DNA of 64,000 bases, taken from the IMG/VR virus record IMGVR_UViG_2519899680_000008, positions 30,944-94,943 of that record. One strand, written 5' to 3'. A model generated the notes under the pieces. That model was not told the origin of the DNA, searched no databases, and worked only from the letters and a program-made list of their open reading frames with translations. Source of the DNA: a virus. Lineage: Duplodnaviria; Caudoviricetes. Positions 38,306 to 47,276 of the stretch are shown piece by piece. The translations under genes were made by a program, and so were the position numbers. Positions within the stretch are counted from its first letter, which is position 1, and each line of letters starts with the position of its first letter.

Positions 38306-38962
38306 ATGGACAGATATGATTTCATAAGATTCGGGGAACAGGTACGCTGGTACGACGAAAGCGAGAACCTGATGGAGACCATGCAGGTGTGCTGCCCCGT
38401 GTATCCCCCCGTGCAAGGCGACACGAGGATACAGCTGGTATCCGCCGGAATTGAGGCGCTGCAACCGGGACACGTGTCGGAAAAGACGGTCAGGGCCTCG
38501 CAGCTCGTGCCCTTCATAAGCCACTTCGGCAGGGGATACTGGGAGGCCCTCACACGGGCAGCGTACAACGGGGCAGGCACGGACCTACTCGAGGCGATAA
38601 TCAGGAACGGATGTCTGGGCCTGGGAGAACAGATATGCCTGTTCTGCGGCAGGGCGTCGGCAAGCGTGCACGCCGCATTCTGCAAGGTATATCCCGAAGA
38701 GGGAAGCCTGCTCGACGTCATCGAATGGCAGGGAAAGGAGTACCCCGTAAGGAAGCTTACACTGTTCCGGGGGACGGAACAGGAAATGGAGGCAGCCGTA
38801 TCGGTCACCGCATTGCAGAGGAAGCTCATCGGATGCAAGAGCGGCGCACCCGTTTCAAAGGCCGCGGAAAAGGTCGACGAGGGTATTTATTATTATTGTG
38901 AACAGGAAAAGGAGTTCCTCCTCCCGCAAGAAGGCCTCACCGCATTTGTAGAAAGGGGGTGA
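38306..38962 (+). CDS. Hypothetical protein immediately upstream of RT
   Basis: Start MDRYDF after A-rich leader. Confidence 0.7.
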   Translation: MDRYDFIRFGEQVRWYDESENLMETMQVCCPVYPPVQGDTRIQLVSAGIEALQPGHVSEKTVRASQLVPFISHFGRGYWEALTRAAYNGAGTDLLEAIIRNGCLGLGEQICLFCGRASASVHAAFCKVYPEEGSLLDVIEWQGKEYPVRKLTLFRGTEQEMEAAVSVTALQRKLIGCKSGAPVSKAAEKVDEGIYYYCEQEKEFLLPQEGLTAFVERG

Positions 38963-39080
38963 GACAGGGAAATGATACGATTAACAGAATAGAATATGGA
39001 CTTTGCTGAATGCTTACAAAGTTATAACCTTCAACGCTTTGAACGGCATTGTCAGGAAAAACAATAAAAACAGACGAACC

Positions 39081-40340
39081 ATGTCAGACAAGATATTACA
39101 GATGTTCTTCGACATAGACCGGTGGTCGAAAGCGATTGAAAAAGGTGTTCTGAAAGACATCCGTAAAGACCAGCTAATCCGGCTGACCGACGAACGTACG
39201 CGCCTCGCCATGGCCGAAGCCATGATGCAAGGCAAGTACGAAATCTCACCGCCCCATACGGCGCGGATACCCAAAGAGGGCGGGGAGTTCCGCACGGTGT
39301 ATGTAAACGAACCGATGGATCGTGTGGTGCTGGGCATCGCCAACGACCTCCTGTTCGACCTGATGCCCGAGATGCTCCATACCTCTTGCAAGTCTTACCA
39401 GAAGGGTATCGGGTGTGGCAGGGTCGTTGCCGAGGTCAGCCGCAGGATGGCGGATGCCGAGAGCGACGGCTGTCCCGGGTGGAAAGCCGACCTGAGCAAG
39501 TATTTCGACAGCGTCCCGCTGTGTTACATCGACGGGGCATTCGACAAGGTAGAGGCGAAACACGGGCATTCCGTGCTCATCGATGTCCTACGGAAATACT
39601 ACCACAACGACCTCTATTTTGATGAAGACAACATCCTTCAACGCAAATTCCAGTCATTGAAACAAGGGTGTGCCGTGGCCAGCTGGCTGGCAAACGTGCT
39701 GCTCCACGACCTTGACGGAGAACTCTCCCGAATGGACGGTTACTATGTCCGCTACTCGGATGACATGCTCTTTATCGGCAAGGACCACGAAAAGGCGATG
39801 GACGTGCTTCAAAAGCGGCTGGAAGAGAAAACCATGAAGCTCAACCCGAAGAAGGTGGAATACCTGACGGCTGACCGATGGTTCAAGTTCCTCGGGTTCA
39901 GTATAAAGGGCAGCATGGTCTCGCTCTCCCCGTCCCGTATCAAGACCTTCCAGAGAGAAATCGAACGGAGAACGATCCGCCGTCGGGATACGACACCGGC
40001 CAAAGCCGTGAATGCCGTGAACCGCTACCTCTACAAGGGCGAGTTCAGCTGGGCAGCTCAGGTATTGCCGGTGTGCAACGTGCGAAGGGACATCGACGAG
40101 TTGAACAAATTCGTGATGGACTGTCTCAGGGCCGTGAAGACCGGCAAGTGCAAGGTCGGCGGTCTGGGATATGTCCGTGATTACCCCATCGGCTGTATCG
40201 CCCGGGGACGGGGGCGTAATGTCACGGCCAACCGTGCCAAAGCCGGCGGTGACATCGCCGGTTACCTCACGCTGGGCTGCATGCAGAACGCCTTGCAAAC
40301 GAGCCGGGCCGTGTACAACACGCTGGTGGCTTCACTGTAA
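39081..40340 (+). CDS. Reverse transcriptase (stand-alone, group II-like fold, ~419 aa)
   Basis: RT motifs: GEFRTVYVNEPMDRVV, WKADLSKYFDSV, LKQGCAVASWLAN, YVRYSDD, KLNPKK, FKFLGF; no endonuclease domain. Confidence 0.95.
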   Translation: MSDKILQMFFDIDRWSKAIEKGVLKDIRKDQLIRLTDERTRLAMAEAMMQGKYEISPPHTARIPKEGGEFRTVYVNEPMDRVVLGIANDLLFDLMPEMLHTSCKSYQKGIGCGRVVAEVSRRMADAESDGCPGWKADLSKYFDSVPLCYIDGAFDKVEAKHGHSVLIDVLRKYYHNDLYFDEDNILQRKFQSLKQGCAVASWLANVLLHDLDGELSRMDGYYVRYSDDMLFIGKDHEKAMDVLQKRLEEKTMKLNPKKVEYLTADRWFKFLGFSIKGSMVSLSPSRIKTFQREIERRTIRRRDTTPAKAVNAVNRYLYKGEFSWAAQVLPVCNVRRDIDELNKFVMDCLRAVKTGKCKVGGLGYVRDYPIGCIARGRGRNVTANRAKAGGDIAGYLTLGCMQNALQTSRAVYNTLVASL

Positions 40341-40378
40341 ATCATGAGCCGGACACGCGGCAAACGGGTGAAAAGGCC

Positions 40379-40504
40379 GAATTCAATGTTACAGGTAAAG
40401 CAGACCAGCACCATCACGTATTCACCGGTCCACCAACCGGTGAATACCATCTTGTTCTGGTTCATACCTGTAAATATCAGGAAGGTAAAGTCACGTGTCA
40501 CCGG
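40379..40504 (+). ncRNA. Array unit 1 (structured RNA)
   Basis: Stems TTACAGGTA 40389-97/40465-73 and perfect 12-bp GTATTCACCGGT 40418-29/40436-47. Confidence 0.7.
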
Positions 40505-40552
40505 CCTGACACCCGTCATGGAACGAAGCACATCGGGAAAGTTCGAGGAATA

Positions 40553-40674
40553 GATTTGAGCATCCCGCGTGCCTAACGTCTTCTTTCCGAGTCTGAAGGT
40601 GACTGACCATCGCCTTCGGACTCAGCAGAAGACGCGCTCGCGGGTAACATCGGGATTATAAAGCCATGTGCCGG
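40553..40674 (+). ncRNA. Array unit 2 (structured RNA)
   Basis: CCCGCG/CGCGGG, CGTCTTCT/AGAAGACG, 14-bp stem 40589-602/40610-23 with two GU pairs. Confidence 0.7.
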
Positions 40675-40728
40675 TATTATGAGAACTTTCACTTTTTTTC
40701 CTGCACAGAAACGTGGTTCGGGGAATTG

Positions 40729-40846
40729 CATTCAACATCCCGTACCTGATAAGCCTCTGTCGCGGCGACGTATCCCTAACGTTATACGTCACCCCCACGA
40801 AGGCTTCCGTCACGGGAGATATCGACAAGGTAAAGCCATGTGCCGG
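40729..40846 (+). ncRNA. Array unit 3 (structured RNA)
   Basis: TCCCGT/ACGGGA, AAGCCT/AGGCTT, GACGTAT/ATACGTC nested stems. Confidence 0.7.
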
Positions 40847-40895
40847 CATGTTCGGAGAATCACGCCCCGGCACGGGGGAAAACGGTCAAGGTCAG

Positions 40896-41016
40896 GATTT
40901 CAATCGCGCAGCTCTATAATCTGCGGCCAGTTCCTCCCACCTGCTTACCAGCAGGCGGAGCGTCACGGGCCAGCAGCAAGAACTGCCCATATCGAACGAG
41001 TAAAGTCACGTGCCGG
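40896..41016 (+). ncRNA. Array unit 4 (structured RNA)
   Basis: GCAG/CTGC, CTGC-GGCC/GGCC-A-GCAG, CTCC/GGAG, CCTGCT/AGCAGG nested stems. Confidence 0.65.
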
Positions 41017-41067
41017 CCTGAACGGGACCGAAAACGGTAGCGCAACCGGGTGTCGCACGAGGAACCG

Positions 41068-41171
41068 GAATTCAGCATACAGTCGTCAATCGTGGTCCTG
41101 AGCCAGGCGATCACCCGGTTCAGGACCGACTGCAACACTGTATTCATCGGAAATATAAAGCCATGCGCTGG
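41068..41171 (+). ncRNA. Array unit 5 (structured RNA)
   Basis: ATACAGT 41077-83/41137-43, 11-bp GGTCCTGAGCC 41094-104/41117-27 with one GU. Confidence 0.7.
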
Positions 41172-41215
41172 CGGTTCGAGTGCATTTTTTTAAATACATA
41201 TTCAAACGGATAAAA

Positions 41216-41443
41216 ATGACAGCAAAAGAAATTGAAACCGGTAAATGGTACCACCTTTCGGGTGATATCGAAAACGGCTACATGGATGGGAAACCTCATA
41301 CCAGCCATGAAGAGGTTACTCGAGTAGTGAAGCGGGTTACAGATACCCATATCGTCTGCGAATGCGGCAGGCGTTTCATAATCAATGAAAATCTGAAAGT
41401 GAGCCTTATGGCTTTTAGACAACAACCAGCGACAAAACCATGA
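41216..41443 (+). CDS. Small hypothetical protein directly after the array
   Basis: MTAKEIETGKWY..., 75 aa, A-rich leader. Confidence 0.65.
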   Translation: MTAKEIETGKWYHLSGDIENGYMDGKPHTSHEEVTRVVKRVTDTHIVCECGRRFIINENLKVSLMAFRQQPATKP

Positions 41444-42153
41444 ACGACATCTATCAAGAAACTGTCCGTGCCGTCGAGGGCGGCGCAAAATTCAAGATAG
41501 ACTTTCCCCGCCGGAGCCTGAGAATCGACGGGAGGTACATTATCCGTGAAGGCCGGTACGACGGGGAACTGGGTGTCGCGCCCTGCACGGCAGACGAGGT
41601 GCTCTCGAGGCTGGAGGAACTGTACCGCCGTTACAAGCACTCCGTACCCTCCGGGCGCAGCGAGAGCAAGTCGAGGCAGTATTTCAGGGGCTTGCCGGAG
41701 GCGGACCTCGATGACGGGGACATGCTTTACGGCGAGCGCCGCGACAAGGCGCAGGCGGAACTGGAACTATACCTGCTTTGCCAGCTTATCAACGGGCTGG
41801 AGTGGAACCCCGAAACGATGGGCAGCTGGTTCTGGCAGGGAAAAACGGACAGGGATCTGGTGATACTCAGACATTGGGTGGAACCGGACTGTAATTTAAC
41901 AACAAACAACACTAAAAATGAGCTACAAGAAGAAAGAAACGAAAGTTTTGTGCCCGCGCTGCGGGACGGAGTTCGCCATCGCGGACAAGGAAAAGACGGT
42001 CGTGGCAACCGTTATCGGAAAAAATTCCGGGCTGGGTATCGTGTACCCGGAAGTTACCGGATAGGACACGCCGCCCCGACAGGTGAAGAAACTACCCGAG
42101 ACCGCGAAGGAGCGCATCGAGGCGCTCCGTGCCGTCGGCGTAGACGTGAGTAA
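41440..42153 (+). CDS. Hypothetical protein (C-terminal ~80 aa probably read-through into next gene)
   Basis: ATGA-coupled; coding-like to ~41900, then overlaps the 41918 frame. Confidence 0.6.
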   Translation: MNDIYQETVRAVEGGAKFKIDFPRRSLRIDGRYIIREGRYDGELGVAPCTADEVLSRLEELYRRYKHSVPSGRSESKSRQYFRGLPEADLDDGDMLYGERRDKAQAELELYLLCQLINGLEWNPETMGSWFWQGKTDRDLVILRHWVEPDCNLTTNNTKNELQEERNESFVPALRDGVRHRGQGKDGRGNRYRKKFRAGYRVPGSYRIGHAAPTGEETTRDREGAHRGAPCRRRRRE

Positions 42154-43018
42154 CCTCTTTGCCATGCAGGGCGCCAACGGGGGCGAGCGTGTCGCCTCCA
42201 ACAAGGACGGGCGGCTGACCGTGCTGGATGACGACGACCCTCTTTTCAGGTTGATTGCCATCCAGGGCGATGTTCCGAACCGCCGCCTGTTCCGCCGCTG
42301 GGTCATGGCGCAGATGTTCCGCATGATGGCCGGCACGGACTACCGTTCCGGTGAGCCGGTAGGCGTGACGGAGATGATCCACCGCCTGGGCCACGAGTAC
42401 CAGTGGAAGATGCTGCTGGACGAGCTGTACGCGCAGATGAAGATGGCGGGGTACGACCCGGAGAACTTCACCGACCGCAACCGCTGGTTCAATACCGGCG
42501 TCGTGGCGGCGATGGCCGAGAATCATGTGAAACAGCTCAAAAAACGTGTCGATGCCCAGAAAACGAGGAAATGCAAGGGTATTCCCTACAAACGTGTCGG
42601 CAACCGCAACATCTTCGTGGCTGACCTTGAAGCCAAGGTCTACCGTCCGCTGCAAGCACTCGTACACGGTATCCGGGAGGCGAAGGACGCCGCCCAGTTG
42701 TACGCCGCCGCGAAGAGGTTCGACAAGCACCGCTTCAAGATGCCATACGACACGCCCCAGTGCAAGGAGTGGGTCAACGCCTACAAGGGAGCCGGCGCGT
42801 TCTTCACCATGCAGAACCTGATCCGCTTTCACGGTTGCACGGCCGTCAACGACCTGGGAAAACGTCTGGACAAGTACCAGTCGCTGGCATTCCTCACGGC
42901 AAAGGCCGAGGCCTACAAGGACGGCGAGGGATGGCGTCTGCTGGCCACGCTGAAAAAGATGCTCGATGACAACGGCATCGATGTCCGGAAGAAAACGGCG
43001 GAATGGCGAAAGAAATAA
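41918..43018 (+). pseudogene. Hypothetical gene interrupted by an in-frame TAG at 42062-42064
   Basis: ATG 41918 MSYKKKETKVLCPRCGTEF...EVTG*DTPPRQVKKLPETAKER is in frame with ORF 42083-43018. Confidence 0.65.
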
Positions 43019-43135
43019 TCCCGCCCTTTTCCACCCGCTTGGTAAGCGGTATGGTGTGAGGGCCTGAACAAATCAGCAATCCCCCCGTAAAGGCAATCAT
43101 ACCTCTATTCTAATTCATAACTAAAACTTTTTATC

Positions 43136-43321
43136 ATGAGTAAAAAACAACTACGGCGCAGGACTTACCTGCTGCAGCGGCTGCGTAAACAGGGCGTACG
43201 CTGCCTGACACGCTGCCGCACCATTTTCTACCCCTACGGGGAAGACCCGAAATCAGTTCCGCATATCTGTCAGCTGATGAGCGAGTTCCATTTCCATGTC
43301 CAGTTCGAAATCGTGGCCTGA
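43136..43321 (+). CDS. Small hypothetical protein
   Basis: 61 aa, basic. Confidence 0.6.
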   Translation: MSKKQLRRRTYLLQRLRKQGVRCLTRCRTIFYPYGEDPKSVPHICQLMSEFHFHVQFEIVA

Positions 43322-43322
43322 T

Positions 43323-43478
43323 ATGAAACCGGGAGACATCGCCACGCTGAAAGTCTCTTACAAGGGATACCGCCGCGTAGAGTTGGTGGAACAGTTCCAG
43401 TACACGTGGCTGGTACGAATCCGCGAGAGCGGGAAAGAAATAGAAGTCTATGAAGACGAGCTTGAACCGGACGATTGA
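43323..43478 (+). CDS. Small hypothetical (SH3-like) protein
   Basis: MKPGDIATLK...EIEVYEDEL. Confidence 0.6.
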   Translation: MKPGDIATLKVSYKGYRRVELVEQFQYTWLVRIRESGKEIEVYEDELEPDD

Positions 43479-43543
43479 GAAAATCCATCAATAATCGTCC
43501 GCGCCGCTAAAACCGATGGGCACAATATCTAAATTGAAGAACA

Positions 43544-44029
43544 ATGAGAACATTCAAAAAAGGACAGCGGGTCTACTGGAACGACCCTGCCGGGGAAACA
43601 TCCGGTGAATACACGGTCATAGACCCCAAAGACGAGTACAACAAGGACTTCACCGAAGAAGATACCGCGGACTTCGACGAACGCATGATAGTTATCGGGA
43701 ACGGTACGAGCGAAGCGGAGGTCTATGCTTCGGAGCTGGATATCCTGTCCCCCGTACCCGATCAAGGCATTCCCAATTACATCGCCTACGCCCTTATCCT
43801 TATCACGGCCGCCCATTTAGGCTGCAAGGTAGAAATGCTCGCCACGGCACAGGAGGTATGGCGGACGAAATGTCTGCCCGAACCGGTGCTGCTGGGCATG
43901 TACGAGAAAGCGGCATACAAGGCCGTGTCTGCAATCCGGCAGAAAGGTCTGGCGGAACGGGCCGACCGTCTCGGGGAGATATTTTACCGTACCGGGGAAT
44001 TCCCCCCGGACGATGAACGGCAACAATAA
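43544..44029 (+). CDS. Hypothetical protein
   Basis: ORF in run. Confidence 0.65.
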   Translation: MRTFKKGQRVYWNDPAGETSGEYTVIDPKDEYNKDFTEEDTADFDERMIVIGNGTSEAEVYASELDILSPVPDQGIPNYIAYALILITAAHLGCKVEMLATAQEVWRTKCLPEPVLLGMYEKAAYKAVSAIRQKGLAERADRLGEIFYRTGEFPPDDERQQ

Positions 44030-44055
44030 AGAACATAAACTTAATACATAAAGAG

Positions 44056-44640
44056 ATGAACCTGTATGAACGGATAGAGTATAAAGGATACCATATCAAT
44101 ATCTATTACGATGATGATGTCCGAAGCCCGCGTGAGAAATATGACAACCTCGGCACGCTCTACACGGCGCATCGCCGTTACCGGCCGGAAAAGGAGTTCG
44201 ACGACCACTTCGATATAAATGAGGTTTTCCAGGGGCGTATCGGAAATTTCCGGGAGTCGTTCCTGAAGGAATACGTCGCCCTTCCGGTCTACCTCTACGA
44301 CCATGGCGGCATTACGATATCCACCTCGCCGCTGAGTTGCCCGTGGGACTCCGGATTTTTCGGCATTATCGCTGTCCCGTTGGACAAGGTACGCCAGGAG
44401 TACGTGTGGAAGAACATCACTGCGGAACGCAGGAAACGGATCGAGGGACACCTGCAAGACGAAATCAGAACCCTTGACAACTACTATACCGGGGAAGTCT
44501 TCGGGTATCGCATTACACCGGAAAGTGACGATGACAATGAACTGGACAGTTGTTGGGGATTCTACGGCACGGAATGTCTAAAAGAACTGGAAGCCCAGTG
44601 CAGGCATATTATCGACGGGCTGAACAAAGCGGCAGCATAG
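44056..44640 (+). CDS. Conserved phage hypothetical protein
   Basis: 'LPVYLYDHGGITIS...WDSG...DSCWGFYG' motif set. Confidence 0.75.
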   Translation: MNLYERIEYKGYHINIYYDDDVRSPREKYDNLGTLYTAHRRYRPEKEFDDHFDINEVFQGRIGNFRESFLKEYVALPVYLYDHGGITISTSPLSCPWDSGFFGIIAVPLDKVRQEYVWKNITAERRKRIEGHLQDEIRTLDNYYTGEVFGYRITPESDDDNELDSCWGFYGTECLKELEAQCRHIIDGLNKAAA

Positions 44641-44658
44641 AATAGAAAAATACGCATA

Positions 44659-44889
44659 ATGACTGAAAATACAATGAAGACATCATACGGACTTGAATTC
44701 AACACGGTAACAGAAATCAATCCCGAATGGAGCGATTATGACAAAACGATAGCAGGATGCCACCTTGCCAATGTCGGGGTGGTCATCGTGGATACGGAAT
44801 ACGGGCAACCGATAGACAACGAGCATGACCTCGAAGAAATCTGCCTGATTCTCGAAAAGGAAAAGACAGACCATCCTAAAAATGAATGA
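44659..44889 (+). CDS. Hypothetical protein
   Basis: ORF in run. Confidence 0.6.
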   Translation: MTENTMKTSYGLEFNTVTEINPEWSDYDKTIAGCHLANVGVVIVDTEYGQPIDNEHDLEEICLILEKEKTDHPKNE

Positions 44890-45823
44890 CATGGAAGAAA
44901 AACGAGATTGTAAGGAAATTAAGGTACGCCTGCACCATATCGACCGTGGAAACTGCACGGAAGTGTGGGAAGTACAGACGGGGGAAGGCAAGCCCGGACG
45001 CTATCTGGGGCGTGATGACGGTTATGGCCCGAAGGAATGGTACACGTTACGCGATGCTCCCCACGGATATTGCGAGAGGGACTCTCACGTAAGGACGGGT
45101 CTCACCCTTGTCATATGCGACAAGGACTGGAACGAGGTACTGCGTGACGGCACGGACAGGGAACGCTTTCCCGAAAGTTTCCCTTCACTGGACGAGGCAT
45201 GTAACGAGGCATGGGGCAAGGTCAGGAAAGAACTCCCACATGTCACACGCGAAGGTTTCGGGCAGTGGATTACCAAACAGTCATTCCGCCCGCTCGGCCA
45301 GACCGAGGCGCTGAACTGGCGTGATTGCTATCACGGGGAAGAGGCAAGCGAGGTACTCTCGCGTTTTACATGGATCGGTGAAGAGTACGCCATATTCAAG
45401 GTCACCCGGCGGCACACCAAGTGCGATGCCCGGTGGTACGAGTATTACGCGGGAAAGACAGACCGGCAGGAACACGAAAGTTACGTCCGTTTCTTCGGGT
45501 ACGAGTACCACGACCGGCATATCAGCGACGTGCTAAGGACGCTCGGCAAGCGGTGCGATGACATCATCCATGCCGTGGTGGAAACCCGCGCAGACGACTA
45601 CCACGGGCGTACGGTTTCCCTCTTTATGGACGAATTCATCGGTTACGACTTGTCCTACGAGCAGGTCTGCAATGCCAAAGAGAGCAGACTGCGCAAGGCA
45701 CGGGAAGACTACAACGAGGCAAACGCCTACTATTACAAACTGAAGGAGAACGAGGTGAACATCCGCGGTATCGAAGCGATGCTACACCGCGTAAGACAAC
45801 AAATCCGAAAAACGAAAAGATAA
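44882..45823 (+). CDS. Hypothetical protein
   Basis: 313-aa ORF. Confidence 0.7.
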   Translation: MNDMEEKRDCKEIKVRLHHIDRGNCTEVWEVQTGEGKPGRYLGRDDGYGPKEWYTLRDAPHGYCERDSHVRTGLTLVICDKDWNEVLRDGTDRERFPESFPSLDEACNEAWGKVRKELPHVTREGFGQWITKQSFRPLGQTEALNWRDCYHGEEASEVLSRFTWIGEEYAIFKVTRRHTKCDARWYEYYAGKTDRQEHESYVRFFGYEYHDRHISDVLRTLGKRCDDIIHAVVETRADDYHGRTVSLFMDEFIGYDLSYEQVCNAKESRLRKAREDYNEANAYYYKLKENEVNIRGIEAMLHRVRQQIRKTKR

Positions 45824-46167
45824 TGGCCTGTTTACATGTAGCCAAAGTTTGGCAAATCGAATACAAGCGCCCGGGAATGAGTGGAGGTGCCGGGCAGGAT
45901 GCTCTTTATCGTATTCTGCGAATGTTCAATGTTGACAACTCGGCAGAGGACATCTGTACGAAAGAGTTCGTGGTGAGGCGTTCCGACTTGCAGGAATTGC
46001 GTCTGCATATCGCGGAACGTGACGGGGTGTTCCGGGAACACGCGGGAAAATTCAGCGCGGAACTGGCGAAAATCGGAATAGGCAAGGAGAAGCTTATAGA
46101 AATACTTGATTCCCTAATCGATGACAGTGACCAGAGCGATGCCTATGTGCATGTATCGTGGTTTTAA
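45823..46167 (+). CDS. Hypothetical protein
   Basis: TAATG-coupled ORF. Confidence 0.65.
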   Translation: MACLHVAKVWQIEYKRPGMSGGAGQDALYRILRMFNVDNSAEDICTKEFVVRRSDLQELRLHIAERDGVFREHAGKFSAELAKIGIGKEKLIEILDSLIDDSDQSDAYVHVSWF

Positions 46168-46400
46168 AATACCGGTTCATCATGAGAACCAGAGATAACG
46201 GGCTGGCCAACCTCCATGACGCGAACCACCGGGAACGGGGTTTCTGTTGCATGAAACTGATCGCGTTCCTGATAGCCGACGGGGTGAAAGCCTGGGAGGA
46301 ATGGCATGGGGAGCATCTCAATGCCGCCCGGGGCCAATGCAGGTATCGGGCACGATGTCCGATATACAAACGAAGTAAAACCAATATCGAACAAGTATGA
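46158..46400 (+). CDS. Hypothetical protein
   Basis: ORF in run. Confidence 0.55.
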   Translation: MVLKYRFIMRTRDNGLANLHDANHRERGFCCMKLIAFLIADGVKAWEEWHGEHLNAARGQCRYRARCPIYKRSKTNIEQV

Positions 46401-46749
46401 AAACCGAACAACCGATAACGAATACAGAACGCGCATTTCCTGAAGATAACGACACACTTTACCGGGAAATGACGGCATACATGCCGAATTGTTATTTCCC
46501 GACCTCGTTGGGGACGGGACGGGAAAACTGCTCTGCACGCTCAACGGTGAAGCCGGCGAAGATTTTGACGAACCCGTCGAGAATGTACAAATCGAGGGGT
46601 TATTCGAGATCGCCCATTGGCTGGAAGAGTACGGGTTCATTGCCGCCGATGTCGATGACAACAAGATTACCGTATGTGAAGAATGGTGGAACGGGAGAAG
46701 TTATGACGAGAAAAGGATAATTTGGAAAAAGTATCATAACGAAGAATAA
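46397..46749 (+). pseudogene. Frameshifted or deletion-fused gene
   Basis: Coding-like sequence switches from frame of 46397 to frame of 46489-46749 near 46510. Confidence 0.5.
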
Positions 46750-46751
46750 TC

Positions 46752-47264
46752 ATGCTATACAAGTTACTTGAAGACATCCGCCTCCGGCTGGAAATGAAAG
46801 GTCCGCGGACGGCGGAGGAGCAGGAAATCCTTAACAGGATACTCCTTGCCCTCCCGCATACACGTCGGGACCGGGATGCGGAGTTGCTGGCGCCAAGCGA
46901 GGTGCTGGTACGTGTCTGTCCGGATACCGGACACCCGGTGTTGGTCTGCCATAACGGCCAGGGGCAGTGCTCGTGCCTGCACAACGAAACCGTCGAGGAG
47001 GATGCAGTGGACGTGAAGCTGTGGCTATTGTCCCTCGGCAGGGAGTGCAACGGCAACCGCAAACTGTTGGAAACGGTCGTGGATCTGGCCTACAATGCCG
47101 GGGCGGAGAATCTCTGGGAAGGCAGGGATTCCCGAGCCGTGGTATCGGACATCATCCGCTGGGCGGGGGAGTTCGAGACGAGGCACGCGGGCACCGACTG
47201 GGACACGGGGGATTACCTGCTTGCCGTCGACGGGTTCTACAAGGAAAAAATAACGGACATGTAA
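46752..47264 (+). CDS. Hypothetical protein
   Basis: ORF in run. Confidence 0.65.
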   Translation: MLYKLLEDIRLRLEMKGPRTAEEQEILNRILLALPHTRRDRDAELLAPSEVLVRVCPDTGHPVLVCHNGQGQCSCLHNETVEEDAVDVKLWLLSLGRECNGNRKLLETVVDLAYNAGAENLWEGRDSRAVVSDIIRWAGEFETRHAGTDWDTGDYLLAVDGFYKEKITDM

Positions 47265-47276
47265 TACGAATAGAAT

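Larger units (their letters stand above)
40338..41171 (+). repeat. RT-adjacent array: 6 copies of TAAAGYCAYGTGCCGG-like repeat enclosing 5 distinct long hairpins
   Basis: Repeat copies start at 40338, 40486, 40659, 40831, 41001, 41156 (spacing 148/173/172/170/155); ATC-N7 precedes copies 2-6; AWTTCAR-like motif opens each hairpin. Confidence 0.88.

Noticed and set aside
39081-40340. Canonical retron
   Set aside because: No NAxxH or VTG retron signatures and no single upstream msr-msd with a1/a2 repeats; only a mechanistic analogy is proposed
40344-41147. Short ORFs over the array (40344, 40622, 40679, 40713, 40840, 40914)
   Set aside because: They overlap one another, lack protein-like composition and Bacteroidetes-type leaders, and are better explained as chance frames in structured RNA
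39081-41171. Group II intron
   Set aside because: Only 118 nt lie upstream of the ORF, leaving no room for domains I-III, and no gene is interrupted. GAGCCGG after the stop does not close a domain V helix and instead matches the array repeat.
39081-41171. Diversity-generating retroelement
   Set aside because: No TR/VR pair differing at adenines and no avd-like gene seen; array units are mutually dissimilar
40338-41171. CRISPR array
   Set aside because: Repeats are short (~16 nt) and degenerate, intervals are 130-155 nt and highly structured, and there are no cas genes
42062-42064. Genome-wide TAG recoding (as in some crAss-like phages)
   Set aside because: Long genes are uninterrupted under code 11, and TAG ends several genes cleanly (44640, 55296, 59051, 59990)
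43019-43105. Possible self-cleaving ribozyme in intergenic hairpins
   Set aside because: Simple nested hairpin; hammerhead and twister core residues not found
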